A DNA stretch of 64,000 nt from Patescibacteria group bacterium (lineage in GTDB: Bacteria > Patescibacteriota > Patescibacteriia > UBA1558 > GWA2-36-10), in NCBI GenBank assembly GCA_041662585.1, contig JBAZSG010000005.1, forward strand, positions 4,181 to 68,180, written 5' to 3'. Below, piece by piece: positions 8,631-20,900 of this stretch (positions are counted from its first letter, which is position 1; each line of letters begins with the position of its first letter). The notes under the pieces are model-generated. The model worked only from the letters and a program-made list of their open reading frames with translations. It was not told where the DNA came from and made no database searches. The position numbers and the translations under genes are program-made.

Positions 8631-9280
8631 TGAATAAACAAATTATCAAAAATGAAAATGGCTTTACCTTGATAGAAATGTTGGTTTCTATGGCAGTTTT
8701 TAGTTTGATGGTTTTTGCTGTAGGGGCTATATATATTGCTTTCAATAGTAGTCAGGTTCGCACTACTGCTTCTCAACAAGTCCTCAACGACAGTCAATAT
8801 GCTATGGATTTTATGGCCAAAGAAATCAGAAACAATGCCATAGTCAAATATTCTCTAAATTGCGATGATTTTATAAATACCGTAGGCGCTAATGCCGATG
8901 TTTTTAGTAAATGTATTATTTTAAAAAGACCAAATGGTCAGGTTTTTGCTTTTACCAGTCATAATAATGGTGCTGATGCTAAAGTAAATCTTTTGTATGT
9001 TTTATTGACCTGTACGGACAACACTTGTAATACCTATGAGGATATATACTTTAATTCTGGTTCAGTAGCTACATTATTGGGACCAGATTTAAATAATATC
9101 CAGCTAGATAATCTAGATTTCCTTATAAATCCCACTACTGATCCTTTTGTAATCAACGGTCCAAACGCTCAACCAAAAGTCACTATTAATATGAAAGTGG
9201 TTTATAATAGTACCAACCAAACAAAAAGAGTAAATTATGTTTTTCAAACAACAGTTTCTTCTAGAATATATAAACGATAA
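8618..9280 (+). CDS. Minor pilin / pseudopilin (PilW-like)
   Basis: NENG|FTLIEMLVSMAVF class III signal. 220 aa. Overlaps the previous gene by 13 nt, which suggests translational coupling. Confidence 0.7.
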   Translation: MEKVMNKQIIKNENGFTLIEMLVSMAVFSLMVFAVGAIYIAFNSSQVRTTASQQVLNDSQYAMDFMAKEIRNNAIVKYSLNCDDFINTVGANADVFSKCIILKRPNGQVFAFTSHNNGADAKVNLLYVLLTCTDNTCNTYEDIYFNSGSVATLLGPDLNNIQLDNLDFLINPTTDPFVINGPNAQPKVTINMKVVYNSTNQTKRVNYVFQTTVSSRIYKR

Positions 9281-9292
9281 TATATAATAATC

Positions 9293-12177
<2,885 letters not shown>

Positions 12178-12178
12178 T

Positions 12179-12763
12179 ATGCAAGAAATAATTATTAGTA
12201 ATATTTATTTGTTTATCTTAGCTACTGTTTTGGCTATTTTGGAGATTCAAATAGAAGGTAAAAATGGTTGGGCTATGGATCTTCCGACTTGGAGACCAAA
12301 AAAAATAAATTTGTTTATCAAAATTTATAAGAAATTGATGAGTGATAGAGAAGTGACTGGCTATCACATTACGATGTTTATTTTTGTGCTTTTAATATTG
12401 CATTTACCTTATGCTTTTGGTCAAGATTTAAACTTGATCAATTGGTTAATGACCATTTCTTTATTTTTTATTTTTATTATTTTGTGGGATTTTTTGTGGT
12501 TTGTTCTCAATCCTTATCATTCTTTGAAAAAATTTAATAAAGAACATATTTGGTGGCATAAAAAATGGTGGATAGGAGCACCTTTGGATTATTATTGGAG
12601 TGTTTTATTATCTTTTGTTATTTTATTACCAGCTATTTTTTATTATGATTTTTGGTTTTTGATATTTTGGTGGGTAATAAATATATGGCTATTTATAATG
12701 CAAACAGCTATGGTTATTTGGTTTAGTTTGGTAGTTTTAAAAATTGATAATTGGAAAAAATAA
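12179..12763 (+). CDS. Hypothetical Trp-rich polytopic membrane protein
   Basis: 194 aa with multiple hydrophobic segments. No recognisable family. Confidence 0.35.
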   Translation: MQEIIISNIYLFILATVLAILEIQIEGKNGWAMDLPTWRPKKINLFIKIYKKLMSDREVTGYHITMFIFVLLILHLPYAFGQDLNLINWLMTISLFFIFIILWDFLWFVLNPYHSLKKFNKEHIWWHKKWWIGAPLDYYWSVLLSFVILLPAIFYYDFWFLIFWWVINIWLFIMQTAMVIWFSLVVLKIDNWKK

Positions 12764-12805
12764 TCAATTTGCGAGATAAGCATAGATTAGTGTAAAATAC
12801 ATATA

Positions 12806-13096
12806 ATGGAACTAAATAAAGAACAATTGAGCCATTTGGCAGATTTGGCCAAATTGGAGCTCAAAGATGAGGAATTAGAATCTTACAAGAGAGAATTGCA
12901 AGATGTTTTGTCTTATGTAGCCAAAATCAATACTTTGGATCTTCAAAATGTCAAAGAAAGCCTGAGTGGTATAGATGATGCTGGTACTGCACCAAGGCCT
13001 GATAATGTAGAAAAATCTAATCCAAAAATAATAAATCAAGCTTGTCAAAAAGATGGTCAGTATGTAGCAGTTCCCAATGTTTTTAATAATAAATAA
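12806..13096 (+). CDS. gatC: Asp/Glu-tRNA(Asn/Gln) amidotransferase subunit C
   Basis: 96 aa with the GatC-like LAKLELKDEELESY...VLSYV pattern. Immediately precedes gatA with overlapping stop and start. Confidence 0.8.
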   Translation: MELNKEQLSHLADLAKLELKDEELESYKRELQDVLSYVAKINTLDLQNVKESLSGIDDAGTAPRPDNVEKSNPKIINQACQKDGQYVAVPNVFNNK

Positions 13097-14526
13097 TGTC
13101 TATTGATTTAAAACAATTAAATATTGATGTCATACAAGAGGCTTTTAGGAGTAGCAAATTCACTAGTGAGGAACTCACTACAGCATATTTGGCTAATATA
13201 AAAAAAGATGACACCAATGCATTTATTAGTGTCAATAAAAATGCTTTGCTTGAAGCCAGAGCTGCCGATAAAAAAATAAAAGCTGGACAGGCTGGACCAC
13301 TGACTGGAGTCCCTATTGCTATTAAAGATATTATTTTGGTAGAAGGACAGCTTGCTACGGGGGGATCCAAAATTTTGGAAAACTATCAAGCTTCATATAC
13401 TGCTACGGCGGTAGCTAGACTCAAAGAGGCTGGTATGGTGATACTTGGTAAAACAAATTGTGATGAATTTGCCATGGGTTCTTCCAATGAAAATTCATAT
13501 TTTGGACCAGTACGCAATCCCTATGATAAAAGCAGAGTATCTGGTGGTTCATCAGGGGGTAGTGCAGCCGCTGTAGCTGCCAATTTGGCTCCATTGGCTT
13601 TGGGGACAGATACAGGTGGGTCTATTAGGCAACCAGCTTCATTTTGTGGCATAGTAGGTCTCAAGCCAAGTTATGGGCGAGTGTCTCGTTATGGATCTAT
13701 AGCCATGACTTCATCATTAGACCAAATTGGTCCAATGACCAATACCGTCAAAGACGCTGCTTATTTGCTTACTCAGATGGCTGGTTTTGATAAATATGAT
13801 GCTACTAGTTCGCAAACAAAAGTATTGGATTATATAAAAAATATAGATAAAGATGTCAAGAAAATAAGGATTGGTGTACCAGAGGAGTATTTTGCTAGGG
13901 GTATTGATGAAGAAGTAAAACAAGCTGTTGAAGATAAAATAGCCATTTTGAAAAAACAAGGTTTTGCAATCAAGTCAGTAAAATTGCCTTACACAGAATA
14001 TGCTTTAGCAGTTTATTATTTACTCATGCCAGCTGAAGTAAGCTCCAATCTAGCTCGTTATGATGGTCTTTTATATGGTATGGGTGTTGATAAAAATTTG
14101 AGTCTAGATGATTGGTACAAGACAGTGCGTAGTCAAGGTTTTGGAGCAGAGAGTAAGCGTCGGATAATACTTGGTACTTATATTTTATCAGCTGGTTATT
14201 ATGATGCTTATTATAAACAAGCTCAAAAATTACGCACCCTTATAAAAAATGATTTTTCTACAGTGTTCAAAGAAGTTGATGCTTTGATTACACCGGTTAC
14301 ACCAAGTACAGCTTTTAAGATAGGTGAAAAATCAAAAGATCCTTTGGCAATGTATCTGTCTGATATTTTTACCGTGGGGGCCAATATTGCTGGTATATGT
14401 GCCTTGTCTTTACCAATAGCCAAAGATAACCATAATATGCCAATTGCTATGCAAATTTTGGCTAAGCCTTTTGCCGAAGATATTTTATTTAAATTGGGAA
14501 ATTATATAGAAAAAACTAAAAAATAA
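13096..14526 (+). CDS. gatA: Asp/Glu-tRNA(Asn/Gln) amidotransferase subunit A (amidase)
   Basis: Amidase signature GGSSGGSAAAVAA. 476 aa. Confidence 0.9.
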   Translation: MSIDLKQLNIDVIQEAFRSSKFTSEELTTAYLANIKKDDTNAFISVNKNALLEARAADKKIKAGQAGPLTGVPIAIKDIILVEGQLATGGSKILENYQASYTATAVARLKEAGMVILGKTNCDEFAMGSSNENSYFGPVRNPYDKSRVSGGSSGGSAAAVAANLAPLALGTDTGGSIRQPASFCGIVGLKPSYGRVSRYGSIAMTSSLDQIGPMTNTVKDAAYLLTQMAGFDKYDATSSQTKVLDYIKNIDKDVKKIRIGVPEEYFARGIDEEVKQAVEDKIAILKKQGFAIKSVKLPYTEYALAVYYLLMPAEVSSNLARYDGLLYGMGVDKNLSLDDWYKTVRSQGFGAESKRRIILGTYILSAGYYDAYYKQAQKLRTLIKNDFSTVFKEVDALITPVTPSTAFKIGEKSKDPLAMYLSDIFTVGANIAGICALSLPIAKDNHNMPIAMQILAKPFAEDILFKLGNYIEKTKK

Positions 14527-14530
14527 ATAT

Positions 14531-15301
14531 ATGGGAGCAGAAAATAAAATCAAAGAAAGAGTCTCTGATGCTGTAGCCAAGAGTTATTATAAGCCTTGGT
14601 ATAAAAGAGTTTATGGACGAATATTATTGAGTATTTTAGCTCTGATAGTATTGTTATCTATTTATTTTGTTATTAGAGTGGCTATTGGTTATTATCATGC
14701 TCAAAAAGGAGAAGTATACAATTCAGAGCTTGATATTTGGTTGACCGAAGAACAGTATATAGAAAATCAAAAAATAGCTTCTAATATCATAACAGACGAT
14801 GATCCATGGCTAGGGTCTGAGAATCCAATAATTAATGTAGTGATTTACGAATCTTTTGCTTGTCCATTTTGTAAAGACGATCAGGAGACTCTTAAAAGAG
14901 TATTAGAAAAATTTGGTCCAGTACTTCGTTTTACAGTTAGAGATTATCCAACAGAAGGGCTTCACCCAGGCGTATTTGATGCTCATTTAGCAGCTGGCTG
15001 TGCCAACGAACAGGATGCATATTGGCCATATCATGATATTTTATTTGCCAATCAAGGTGATTTTAGTAAAAAAAATCTAAAATTATTAGCCAAAACTTTG
15101 GGTGTAGATATTACTCAGTTTGATAAGTGTTTAGATGATGAAATATATAGATTTGAAGTTCGACAGGATTATGCTAGTGGGATTGAATCTGGCGTAGAAG
15201 GTACTCCTACTTATATAGTAAATGGAAATTTGCTACCAGGTAGTATGTCTTATGAAATGTGGGAAGAAATCATAGGATTTATTTTGAAAGGGGAATTATA
15301 A
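14531..15301 (+). CDS. Membrane-anchored thioredoxin-fold DsbA-family thiol:disulfide oxidoreductase
   Basis: N-terminal TM segment and an active-site CPFC. Confidence 0.7.
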   Translation: MGAENKIKERVSDAVAKSYYKPWYKRVYGRILLSILALIVLLSIYFVIRVAIGYYHAQKGEVYNSELDIWLTEEQYIENQKIASNIITDDDPWLGSENPIINVVIYESFACPFCKDDQETLKRVLEKFGPVLRFTVRDYPTEGLHPGVFDAHLAAGCANEQDAYWPYHDILFANQGDFSKKNLKLLAKTLGVDITQFDKCLDDEIYRFEVRQDYASGIESGVEGTPTYIVNGNLLPGSMSYEMWEEIIGFILKGEL

Positions 15302-15304
15302 CCT

Positions 15305-16111
15305 ATGTTTTGGCAGGATTATTTGCCAAACCCAATATTTTTTTCTATCGGACCATTTATAGTGCATTGGTACGGATTGATTTTGGTTTTAGCTATTATA
15401 ATGGCCACTTGGCAAGCTAAAAAATATTTTATAAAAAAAAATATTTTGACAAGTTCTCAATTTGAAGACTTGTCTTTTTATATTATTATTTTTGGATTAC
15501 TGGGAGCTAGATTTGGACATATAGTATTTTTTAATTTTTTTTATTATTTACATAATCCAGTTGATATTTTTAAGGTTTGGCAAGGAGGTATGTCTATTCA
15601 CGGGGCATTATTTTTTGGTATTTTAACAGTATTTTTCTGGTCTCGTCGTCATAAAATAAATTTTTGGAAAATGGCCGATGGATTAGCTCTAGCAGTGCCA
15701 CTGGGACAGGCGATTGGTCGCTGGGGTAACTATTTCAATCAAGAATTATTTGGCAAGCCGACTAGTGCTTGGTGGGGCATTCCTATAGCGCCCATAAACA
15801 GAGTAAGTGGCTATGAAGATTTCAATTATTTTCAGCCGATCTTTTTTTATGAATCTTTAGCTTGTTTGATATTATTTATTATTTTGTATAAATTAATTTA
15901 TAATAATACTTTTAAAAAAGGTACTTTGACACTGTTTTATTTTATTGGCTATGCTTTTATTCGTTTGATGATAGAGTTTGTTCGTATTGATGAGACAGCT
16001 ATACTATTTGGTATGCGTATGGGTCAAATTATTAGTATAGTTATTATTTTATTGGCTTTAGCTTTTGTTTATCAGCTATACATGAAACCCTTGTCAAAAC
16101 AGCAAAAATAG
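15305..16111 (+). CDS. lgt: Prolipoprotein diacylglyceryl transferase
   Basis: Lgt-like polytopic protein with GARFGHIVFFNF and W/G-rich conserved loops. 268 aa. Ends with a TAG stop. Confidence 0.85.
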   Translation: MFWQDYLPNPIFFSIGPFIVHWYGLILVLAIIMATWQAKKYFIKKNILTSSQFEDLSFYIIIFGLLGARFGHIVFFNFFYYLHNPVDIFKVWQGGMSIHGALFFGILTVFFWSRRHKINFWKMADGLALAVPLGQAIGRWGNYFNQELFGKPTSAWWGIPIAPINRVSGYEDFNYFQPIFFYESLACLILFIILYKLIYNNTFKKGTLTLFYFIGYAFIRLMIEFVRIDETAILFGMRMGQIISIVIILLALAFVYQLYMKPLSKQQK

Positions 16112-16167
16112 GGTATTATATTTCTGTTTTAAATAATATGTAATTATGTCGTTCGAATAATCTTGAT

Positions 16168-16244
16168 GGGGTCGTAGTTCAGCTGGTTAGAACGTCTGCC
16201 TGTCACGCAGAAGGTCGAGGGTTCGAGTCCCTTCGATCCCGCCA
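16168..16244 (+). tRNA. tRNA-Asp (anticodon GTC)
   Basis: Cloverleaf GGGGTCG...CGATCCCG-CCA with anticodon loop CTGTCAC and T-arm GGTTCGAGTCC. Flanked by a 9-bp inverted repeat (CGAATAATC / GATTATTCG). Confidence 0.85.
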
Positions 16245-16306
16245 TGATTATTCGAATTTTTTGTTGATCAAATTTTGAGCTTATTATTCAATTTAGCCTA
16301 TTTTTA

Positions 16307-16335
16307 TTGACAATTTTAAGCTATTGGGGTATGAT
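16307..16335 (+). promoter_or_regulatory. Sigma70-like promoter TTGACA-17-TATGAT
   Basis: The -35 and -10 hexamers are seen directly with a 17-nt spacer. RBS AAGGAG lies at 16349-16354. Confidence 0.4.
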
Positions 16336-16376
16336 TAATTGGCTTCTTAAGGAGTTTAGATGAGTTATTGTCAATT

Positions 16377-16580
16377 ATGCTAAGTACTATAAAAAAAATA
16401 AAAAAAAGCAAATTTGTTGCTGGAGAATCTAGATATTGTCAAAGCTGTGGAATAGAGTCCCATAAGTTATTTGAAGTTACTCATAATATTCAAAAAATAA
16501 ATCAACTGTACTATTGCTTGAAATGCAAAGAGACTTATAAAGCAAAAGATAAAGTTGTTTACAATAATAAAATAAATTAA
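16377..16580 (+). CDS. Small zinc-ribbon protein (CxxC...CxxC)
   Basis: CQSCG...CLKC. A 7-codon uORF (16360-16383) overlaps the start. Confidence 0.4.
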   Translation: MLSTIKKIKKSKFVAGESRYCQSCGIESHKLFEVTHNIQKINQLYYCLKCKETYKAKDKVVYNNKIN

Positions 16581-16584
16581 TTTT

Positions 16585-16617
16585 AAAAAATAGCCTTTTT
16601 GTTTGAGCTATTTTTTT
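16585..16617 (+). terminator. Rho-independent terminator
   Basis: AAATAGC-loop-GCTATTT followed by a T7 run. The T-run leads directly into the TGgTATAAT box of the next gene (16617-16625). Confidence 0.45.
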
Positions 16618-16656
16618 GGTATAATACTTAAAAATAAATAATAATTAAATTTTAAT

Positions 16657-19527
16657 ATGAAAAAAATAAATATTTTGGTTTTTAATATATTATTGCTATT
16701 TCTAGCCGTAATACTAATTAAAACGGTTCAAGCCGAACCAATTGGCTATGTTCATTCAGCCTTGATGTTTAATAGTGTTGCCAATAAAACAGTTGATGAA
16801 GGCAAACCACTTATTTTTACTATATCAGCTACAGCTGGGGCTAGCGAAGATATATATTTATCTTATTCGGCTACCAATCTACCAACTGGAGCTAATTTTT
16901 CTGACTCCACATTTTCTTGGATTCCAGGATATGATCAGGCTGGTACTTATAATGTCAATTTCTCAGTCAACGATGGAGTTGAAACCAAACAAAAAGTGCT
17001 TACTATAACGGTAAACAATGTAGATAGATCCAATCCTTGTGCTGGCAAAACAAATTGTATTGAAGTTGATAGTTGTAGAATCTTAGATCAAACTGGAGCC
17101 TACTATGTTTTAACACAGGATGTTAGTGCGGATAATAGCTGTTTTTATATAGACGCTGATAATATCGTTTTGGATCTCAATGGCTATACCATCACTTATG
17201 CCAATAACGGCAGTAATGTTGATTGTTATTATGAACCAGATGGTTGGGTATATGGAGCCAACGCTTGTCATTATGGTGTGTTTGTCAGTGATTATCCAAG
17301 TGAAAATCCTGATAGTCTTTCCAGTGATTGGAACAAGCACAGTGATAATACCGAGATTAAAAACGGTACAATCAGACAAGGTAATAGTAATACTCGATGG
17401 GGAGACGCTATTCATATCTATGGTAATCATAATAGCTATCATGACCTTAATATAGAAGTCAAAGGACCTGATAGTCGAGCTATATGGTCAAGAATGGCTC
17501 AAAACAATAATCAAGATGTGGATGTAGATGTATACAATAATATTGTTTATATGAACCTCATAGATATTACCAATAGATATACTGTACCAAGTGTTTTTTG
17601 GATTGGTAATGGTTCTAGGATTTATAACAATCATATTACCGGTAGAGGACAAGCTGGCATTAAAGTGGGAGATAATAGTCAGGTTCATGATAATTATATA
17701 AGTATGTGGGGTATTGCTCCCAATGCTTATGCTATTATTATGGGGTCATATTCAGAAATATATAATAATTATGTCAATCAATTAAATGGCCGAGCTACTG
17801 GTATGGGTTCTGATAATAATACAGAAGGGGGTCATCATATACAATTTTATAACAATCACTTTGAAGGACGAGAAGGTTGTGATGCCAATGCCACTGATAT
17901 AACTCACGTATTTAGAGTAAGATATGGTTCTCATGACAATGAGATACATGACAATGACATCATAGCTTATGGAGCTAAAGATTGTTATAAAAACGCAATT
18001 GCTTTGAGGGTTTCAGAAGATCCTGTATATTATGGAGGGAAAAATCATATTTATAATAATACTATTGCCGCTTTTACTAATTCAGACAATGACTCATATG
18101 TTGTGGCTTTTATGTTGGAAGGTGATGATGACAATAGAGAATATCCAAACGACTCAATTCATGATAATCGGATAATCAGTAATTCACAAAACATGGTATA
18201 TGGCGGTTCCAATGGTGGTCTTAGTGGCACTGTTTTGACATCAAATACATTTGTTAAGGCTGACAATACTGCTGATTATACCAATAGTGGTGCTTATTAT
18301 ACTTTGAATGTGGGTTTTTATGGTTATCCATCATATGATCAGGTTTTGTTAGATTCAAAATTTGAAAATGGAGCGTCTTATAGTCAAGTTATTTTTAATG
18401 GTTCGGATCCAGAGATGGTAGTCAAATGGTATTTAGATATTAAAGCATTGGGTGCCAATGCTTTGGCACTTCCAGGAGCAAATATTACTATTAAAGATGT
18501 ATTTGGTAATACTGTGAGTCAAGGTGGAGTGACAGATTCAAGTGGGCATTTTAAAAAAGATTTAACAGAATTTGTACAGGTATCTGGTACCAATAAAACC
18601 TATTATTCCCCATATACTGTTATTGTGAGTTATGCTGGAGAAACCAAAACAAGACAAGTTACTTTGAATGCGAGCAAAGAAGAATCTTTTTCTTTTGGAT
18701 CAGGAGTAATAGACAATCCACCAGCTGATAATAATCCACCAGCCGATGACTCATCAAATACTCCTTCATCTGGATCATCTACTACACCGACACCTGATAC
18801 AAATACTCCTTCATCTGGATCATCTACTACACCGACACCTGATACAAATACTCCTTCATCTGGAAATTCTACTACACCGACACCTGATACAAATACTCCT
18901 TCATCTGGAAATTCTACTACACCTATTTCCGAGACAAACAATAATAGTAACATAGGCAATGTTGCCATTGATACTCAGCTTACTAATAGATTAAAAGGTA
19001 GAATTCTTTTGCAAGTAGAATCGCTAGGAGAGGCTTGGTATGTCAAACCAAGTGATGGTCAGAGAGTTTATATGAAAGACGGTGATGCTGCTTACCAGAT
19101 AATGAGATTTTTAAGTTTGGGTATTACCAATGCCAACTTAAACAAAATACCAATTGGTATAGAAGATAGATTTGAAGAGTTTGATGCTGATGGTGATGGC
19201 TTATCAGATAAAATAGAAGAAGCGATTGGTTCAAATTTATTTAATAAAGATTCAGATGGTGACGGTTTTGATGACAAGTCTGAAGTGTTGAATAATTTTT
19301 CTCCAATTTCAAGCTCACGAGTAGCTTTATTAAGAGATAATTCTTTAATCAATAGATTAAAAGGTCAAATTCTTTTGCAAGTAGAATCCAGAGGAGAGGC
19401 TTGGTATGTAAATCCAGTTGACGGTAAAAGATATTATATGAAAGACGGTGACGCTGCTTACCAGATAATGAGATTTTTAAGTTTGGGTATTACCAATGCT
19501 GATTTGGCCAAAATTGCTCAAGATTAA
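16657..19527 (+). CDS. Large secreted right-handed beta-helix (pectate-lyase-fold-like) protein
   Basis: Signal peptide, then N/G/I-rich parallel beta-helix repeats (NNxIxxN). A Thr/Pro-rich linker follows. Two copies of a ~55-aa C-terminal module (LKG(R/Q)ILLQVES(L/R)GEAWYV.P.DG.R.YMKDGDAAYQIMRFLSLGITNA.L.KI) flank a D.DGDG...D.DGDG calcium-binding-like motif. 956 aa. Confidence 0.65.
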   Translation: MKKINILVFNILLLFLAVILIKTVQAEPIGYVHSALMFNSVANKTVDEGKPLIFTISATAGASEDIYLSYSATNLPTGANFSDSTFSWIPGYDQAGTYNVNFSVNDGVETKQKVLTITVNNVDRSNPCAGKTNCIEVDSCRILDQTGAYYVLTQDVSADNSCFYIDADNIVLDLNGYTITYANNGSNVDCYYEPDGWVYGANACHYGVFVSDYPSENPDSLSSDWNKHSDNTEIKNGTIRQGNSNTRWGDAIHIYGNHNSYHDLNIEVKGPDSRAIWSRMAQNNNQDVDVDVYNNIVYMNLIDITNRYTVPSVFWIGNGSRIYNNHITGRGQAGIKVGDNSQVHDNYISMWGIAPNAYAIIMGSYSEIYNNYVNQLNGRATGMGSDNNTEGGHHIQFYNNHFEGREGCDANATDITHVFRVRYGSHDNEIHDNDIIAYGAKDCYKNAIALRVSEDPVYYGGKNHIYNNTIAAFTNSDNDSYVVAFMLEGDDDNREYPNDSIHDNRIISNSQNMVYGGSNGGLSGTVLTSNTFVKADNTADYTNSGAYYTLNVGFYGYPSYDQVLLDSKFENGASYSQVIFNGSDPEMVVKWYLDIKALGANALALPGANITIKDVFGNTVSQGGVTDSSGHFKKDLTEFVQVSGTNKTYYSPYTVIVSYAGETKTRQVTLNASKEESFSFGSGVIDNPPADNNPPADDSSNTPSSGSSTTPTPDTNTPSSGSSTTPTPDTNTPSSGNSTTPTPDTNTPSSGNSTTPISETNNNSNIGNVAIDTQLTNRLKGRILLQVESLGEAWYVKPSDGQRVYMKDGDAAYQIMRFLSLGITNANLNKIPIGIEDRFEEFDADGDGLSDKIEEAIGSNLFNKDSDGDGFDDKSEVLNNFSPISSSRVALLRDNSLINRLKGQILLQVESRGEAWYVNPVDGKRYYMKDGDAAYQIMRFLSLGITNADLAKIAQD
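18757..18925 (+). repeat. Tandem 45-nt coding repeat (~4 copies) encoding NTPSSG(S/N)STTPTPDT
   Basis: Near-identical 45-mers beginning aatactccttcatctgga. This is a coding repeat, not a CRISPR array. Confidence 0.85.
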
Positions 19528-19539
19528 ATATTATTGATA

Positions 19540-19595
19540 TCATATAGCTAATAATAAGACTATTATTAATAGTCTTATTATTTTAATTCTTTTTT
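19540..19595 (+). terminator. AT-rich hairpin terminator after the 956-aa gene
   Basis: AATAAGACTAT-tattaa-TAGTCTTATT followed by a T-rich run. Confidence 0.4.
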
Positions 19596-19624
19596 AGAGT
19601 TATATATTGTGTTATAATGTGTAT

Positions 19625-20893
19625 ATGAATATAAATTGGAAAAAAAATGGCCCATATTTGATTATTTTAGCGGCTATATTATGGGCTTTGGATGGAGTAC
19701 TGCGTAGGTCTCTTTTTTCTTTACCACCAATAATCATAGTTTTTTATGAGCATTTAATTGGTTTAATTATTATATCGCCATGGTTGTTCAAAAATATAAA
19801 GAACTTAAGTTTTAGCAAAAAAGAATGGGGGGCTTTATTTTTGGTTAGTTTGTTAAGTGGAGTATTAGGAACTCTTTGGTTTACTACAGCGCTGGTTAAA
19901 GTAAATTTTATTTCTTTTTCAGTTGTGTTTTTATTGCAAAAATTACAGCCACTCTTTGCCATGATTTTTGCTATTATTTTTCTCAAAGAAAAAATAAATA
20001 AGCAGTATATTGCTTGGGCTATTTTGGCTTTGGGCGCGGCTTACTTTGTGACTTTCAAAAATGGTTTAGTGAGTTTTGCTACAGGAGATAAGACTTTGAT
20101 AGCTGCTTTATTTGCTTTGGGAGCGGCTTTTGCTTGGGGTTCATCCACTGCTTTTTCTCGTTTTGCATTACTTAGAAAATCCAATACAATTGTCACTGGT
20201 ATGAGATTTTTTATTACTTCCATACTAGCTTTAATAGCTGTATTTATTTTTGGACAAAGCTCAAGTTTGGGAGCTCCTACCGGAGATCAGTGGCTTCGTT
20301 TTTTGGTCATTGCTTTCAGTACTGGTTTGGTAGCTTTGTGGATTTATTATCGTGGCCTTAAAAATACTCAAGTCAAAGTGGCTACTATTTTAGAATTGAC
20401 CTTTCCATTTTTAGCAGTTTTTATTGATATTGTTTTGTATAAAAATGTATTAGCTCCTAGCCAATATATAGCTGCTTTAGTTTTACTTTTTGCTATGTAT
20501 CGTGTATCTAGATTAAATACTGCTTTTGATAAACTATATACTACCAATATAATTGGAGGAGCTGGTCGAGGGCAGAGGATTGGTTTCCCGACTCTCAATT
20601 TTATTATTCCAGATAATTTTGAACATGCTTATGGTATTTATTGTGGTTTTGTTATTATAGGTGACCATAAACATAAAACAGCTTTTCACTACGGACCAAT
20701 TCCAACTTTTAAAGATAAAAGAAAATCTTTGGAAGCTTATATTATTTCTGGGGAATATTTAAAAGATATCCCAGATAAAATTTCTTTTCGTTTTGTAGCC
20801 AAGCTTCGTGATATAGAAAATTTTTCAGTCAAAGATAAATTAGTAGAAAATATTAAGCAAGATATAATTCAAGCAAAAGAAATATTAAAATAA
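19625..20893 (+). CDS. Fusion of a DMT/EamA-type 10-TM transporter with a C-terminal riboflavin kinase (flavokinase) domain
   Basis: The N-terminal ~300 aa are a two-repeat EamA-like membrane domain. The C-terminus reads GGAGRGQRIGFPTLNF...GIY...GPIPTF...LEAYII...FVAKLRDIENFSVKDKLVENIKQDI, matching the flavokinase domain of RibF. A TGtTATAAT box lies at 19610-19618. Confidence 0.75.
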   Translation: MNINWKKNGPYLIILAAILWALDGVLRRSLFSLPPIIIVFYEHLIGLIIISPWLFKNIKNLSFSKKEWGALFLVSLLSGVLGTLWFTTALVKVNFISFSVVFLLQKLQPLFAMIFAIIFLKEKINKQYIAWAILALGAAYFVTFKNGLVSFATGDKTLIAALFALGAAFAWGSSTAFSRFALLRKSNTIVTGMRFFITSILALIAVFIFGQSSSLGAPTGDQWLRFLVIAFSTGLVALWIYYRGLKNTQVKVATILELTFPFLAVFIDIVLYKNVLAPSQYIAALVLLFAMYRVSRLNTAFDKLYTTNIIGGAGRGQRIGFPTLNFIIPDNFEHAYGIYCGFVIIGDHKHKTAFHYGPIPTFKDKRKSLEAYIISGEYLKDIPDKISFRFVAKLRDIENFSVKDKLVENIKQDIIQAKEILK

Positions 20894-20900
20894 AATAATT

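Noticed and set aside
17110-17455. Overlapping ORFs on both strands inside the beta-helix gene; also 18630-18968 minus and 18746-18955 plus
   Set aside because: They are by-products of Asn/Ile-rich and repeat sequence in the large plus-strand CDS and are not independent genes.
18757-18936. Regularly spaced 45-nt repeats that could be mistaken for a CRISPR array
   Set aside because: The units are contiguous with no unique spacers, lie in frame inside the 956-aa gene, and encode a Thr/Pro-rich peptide repeat.
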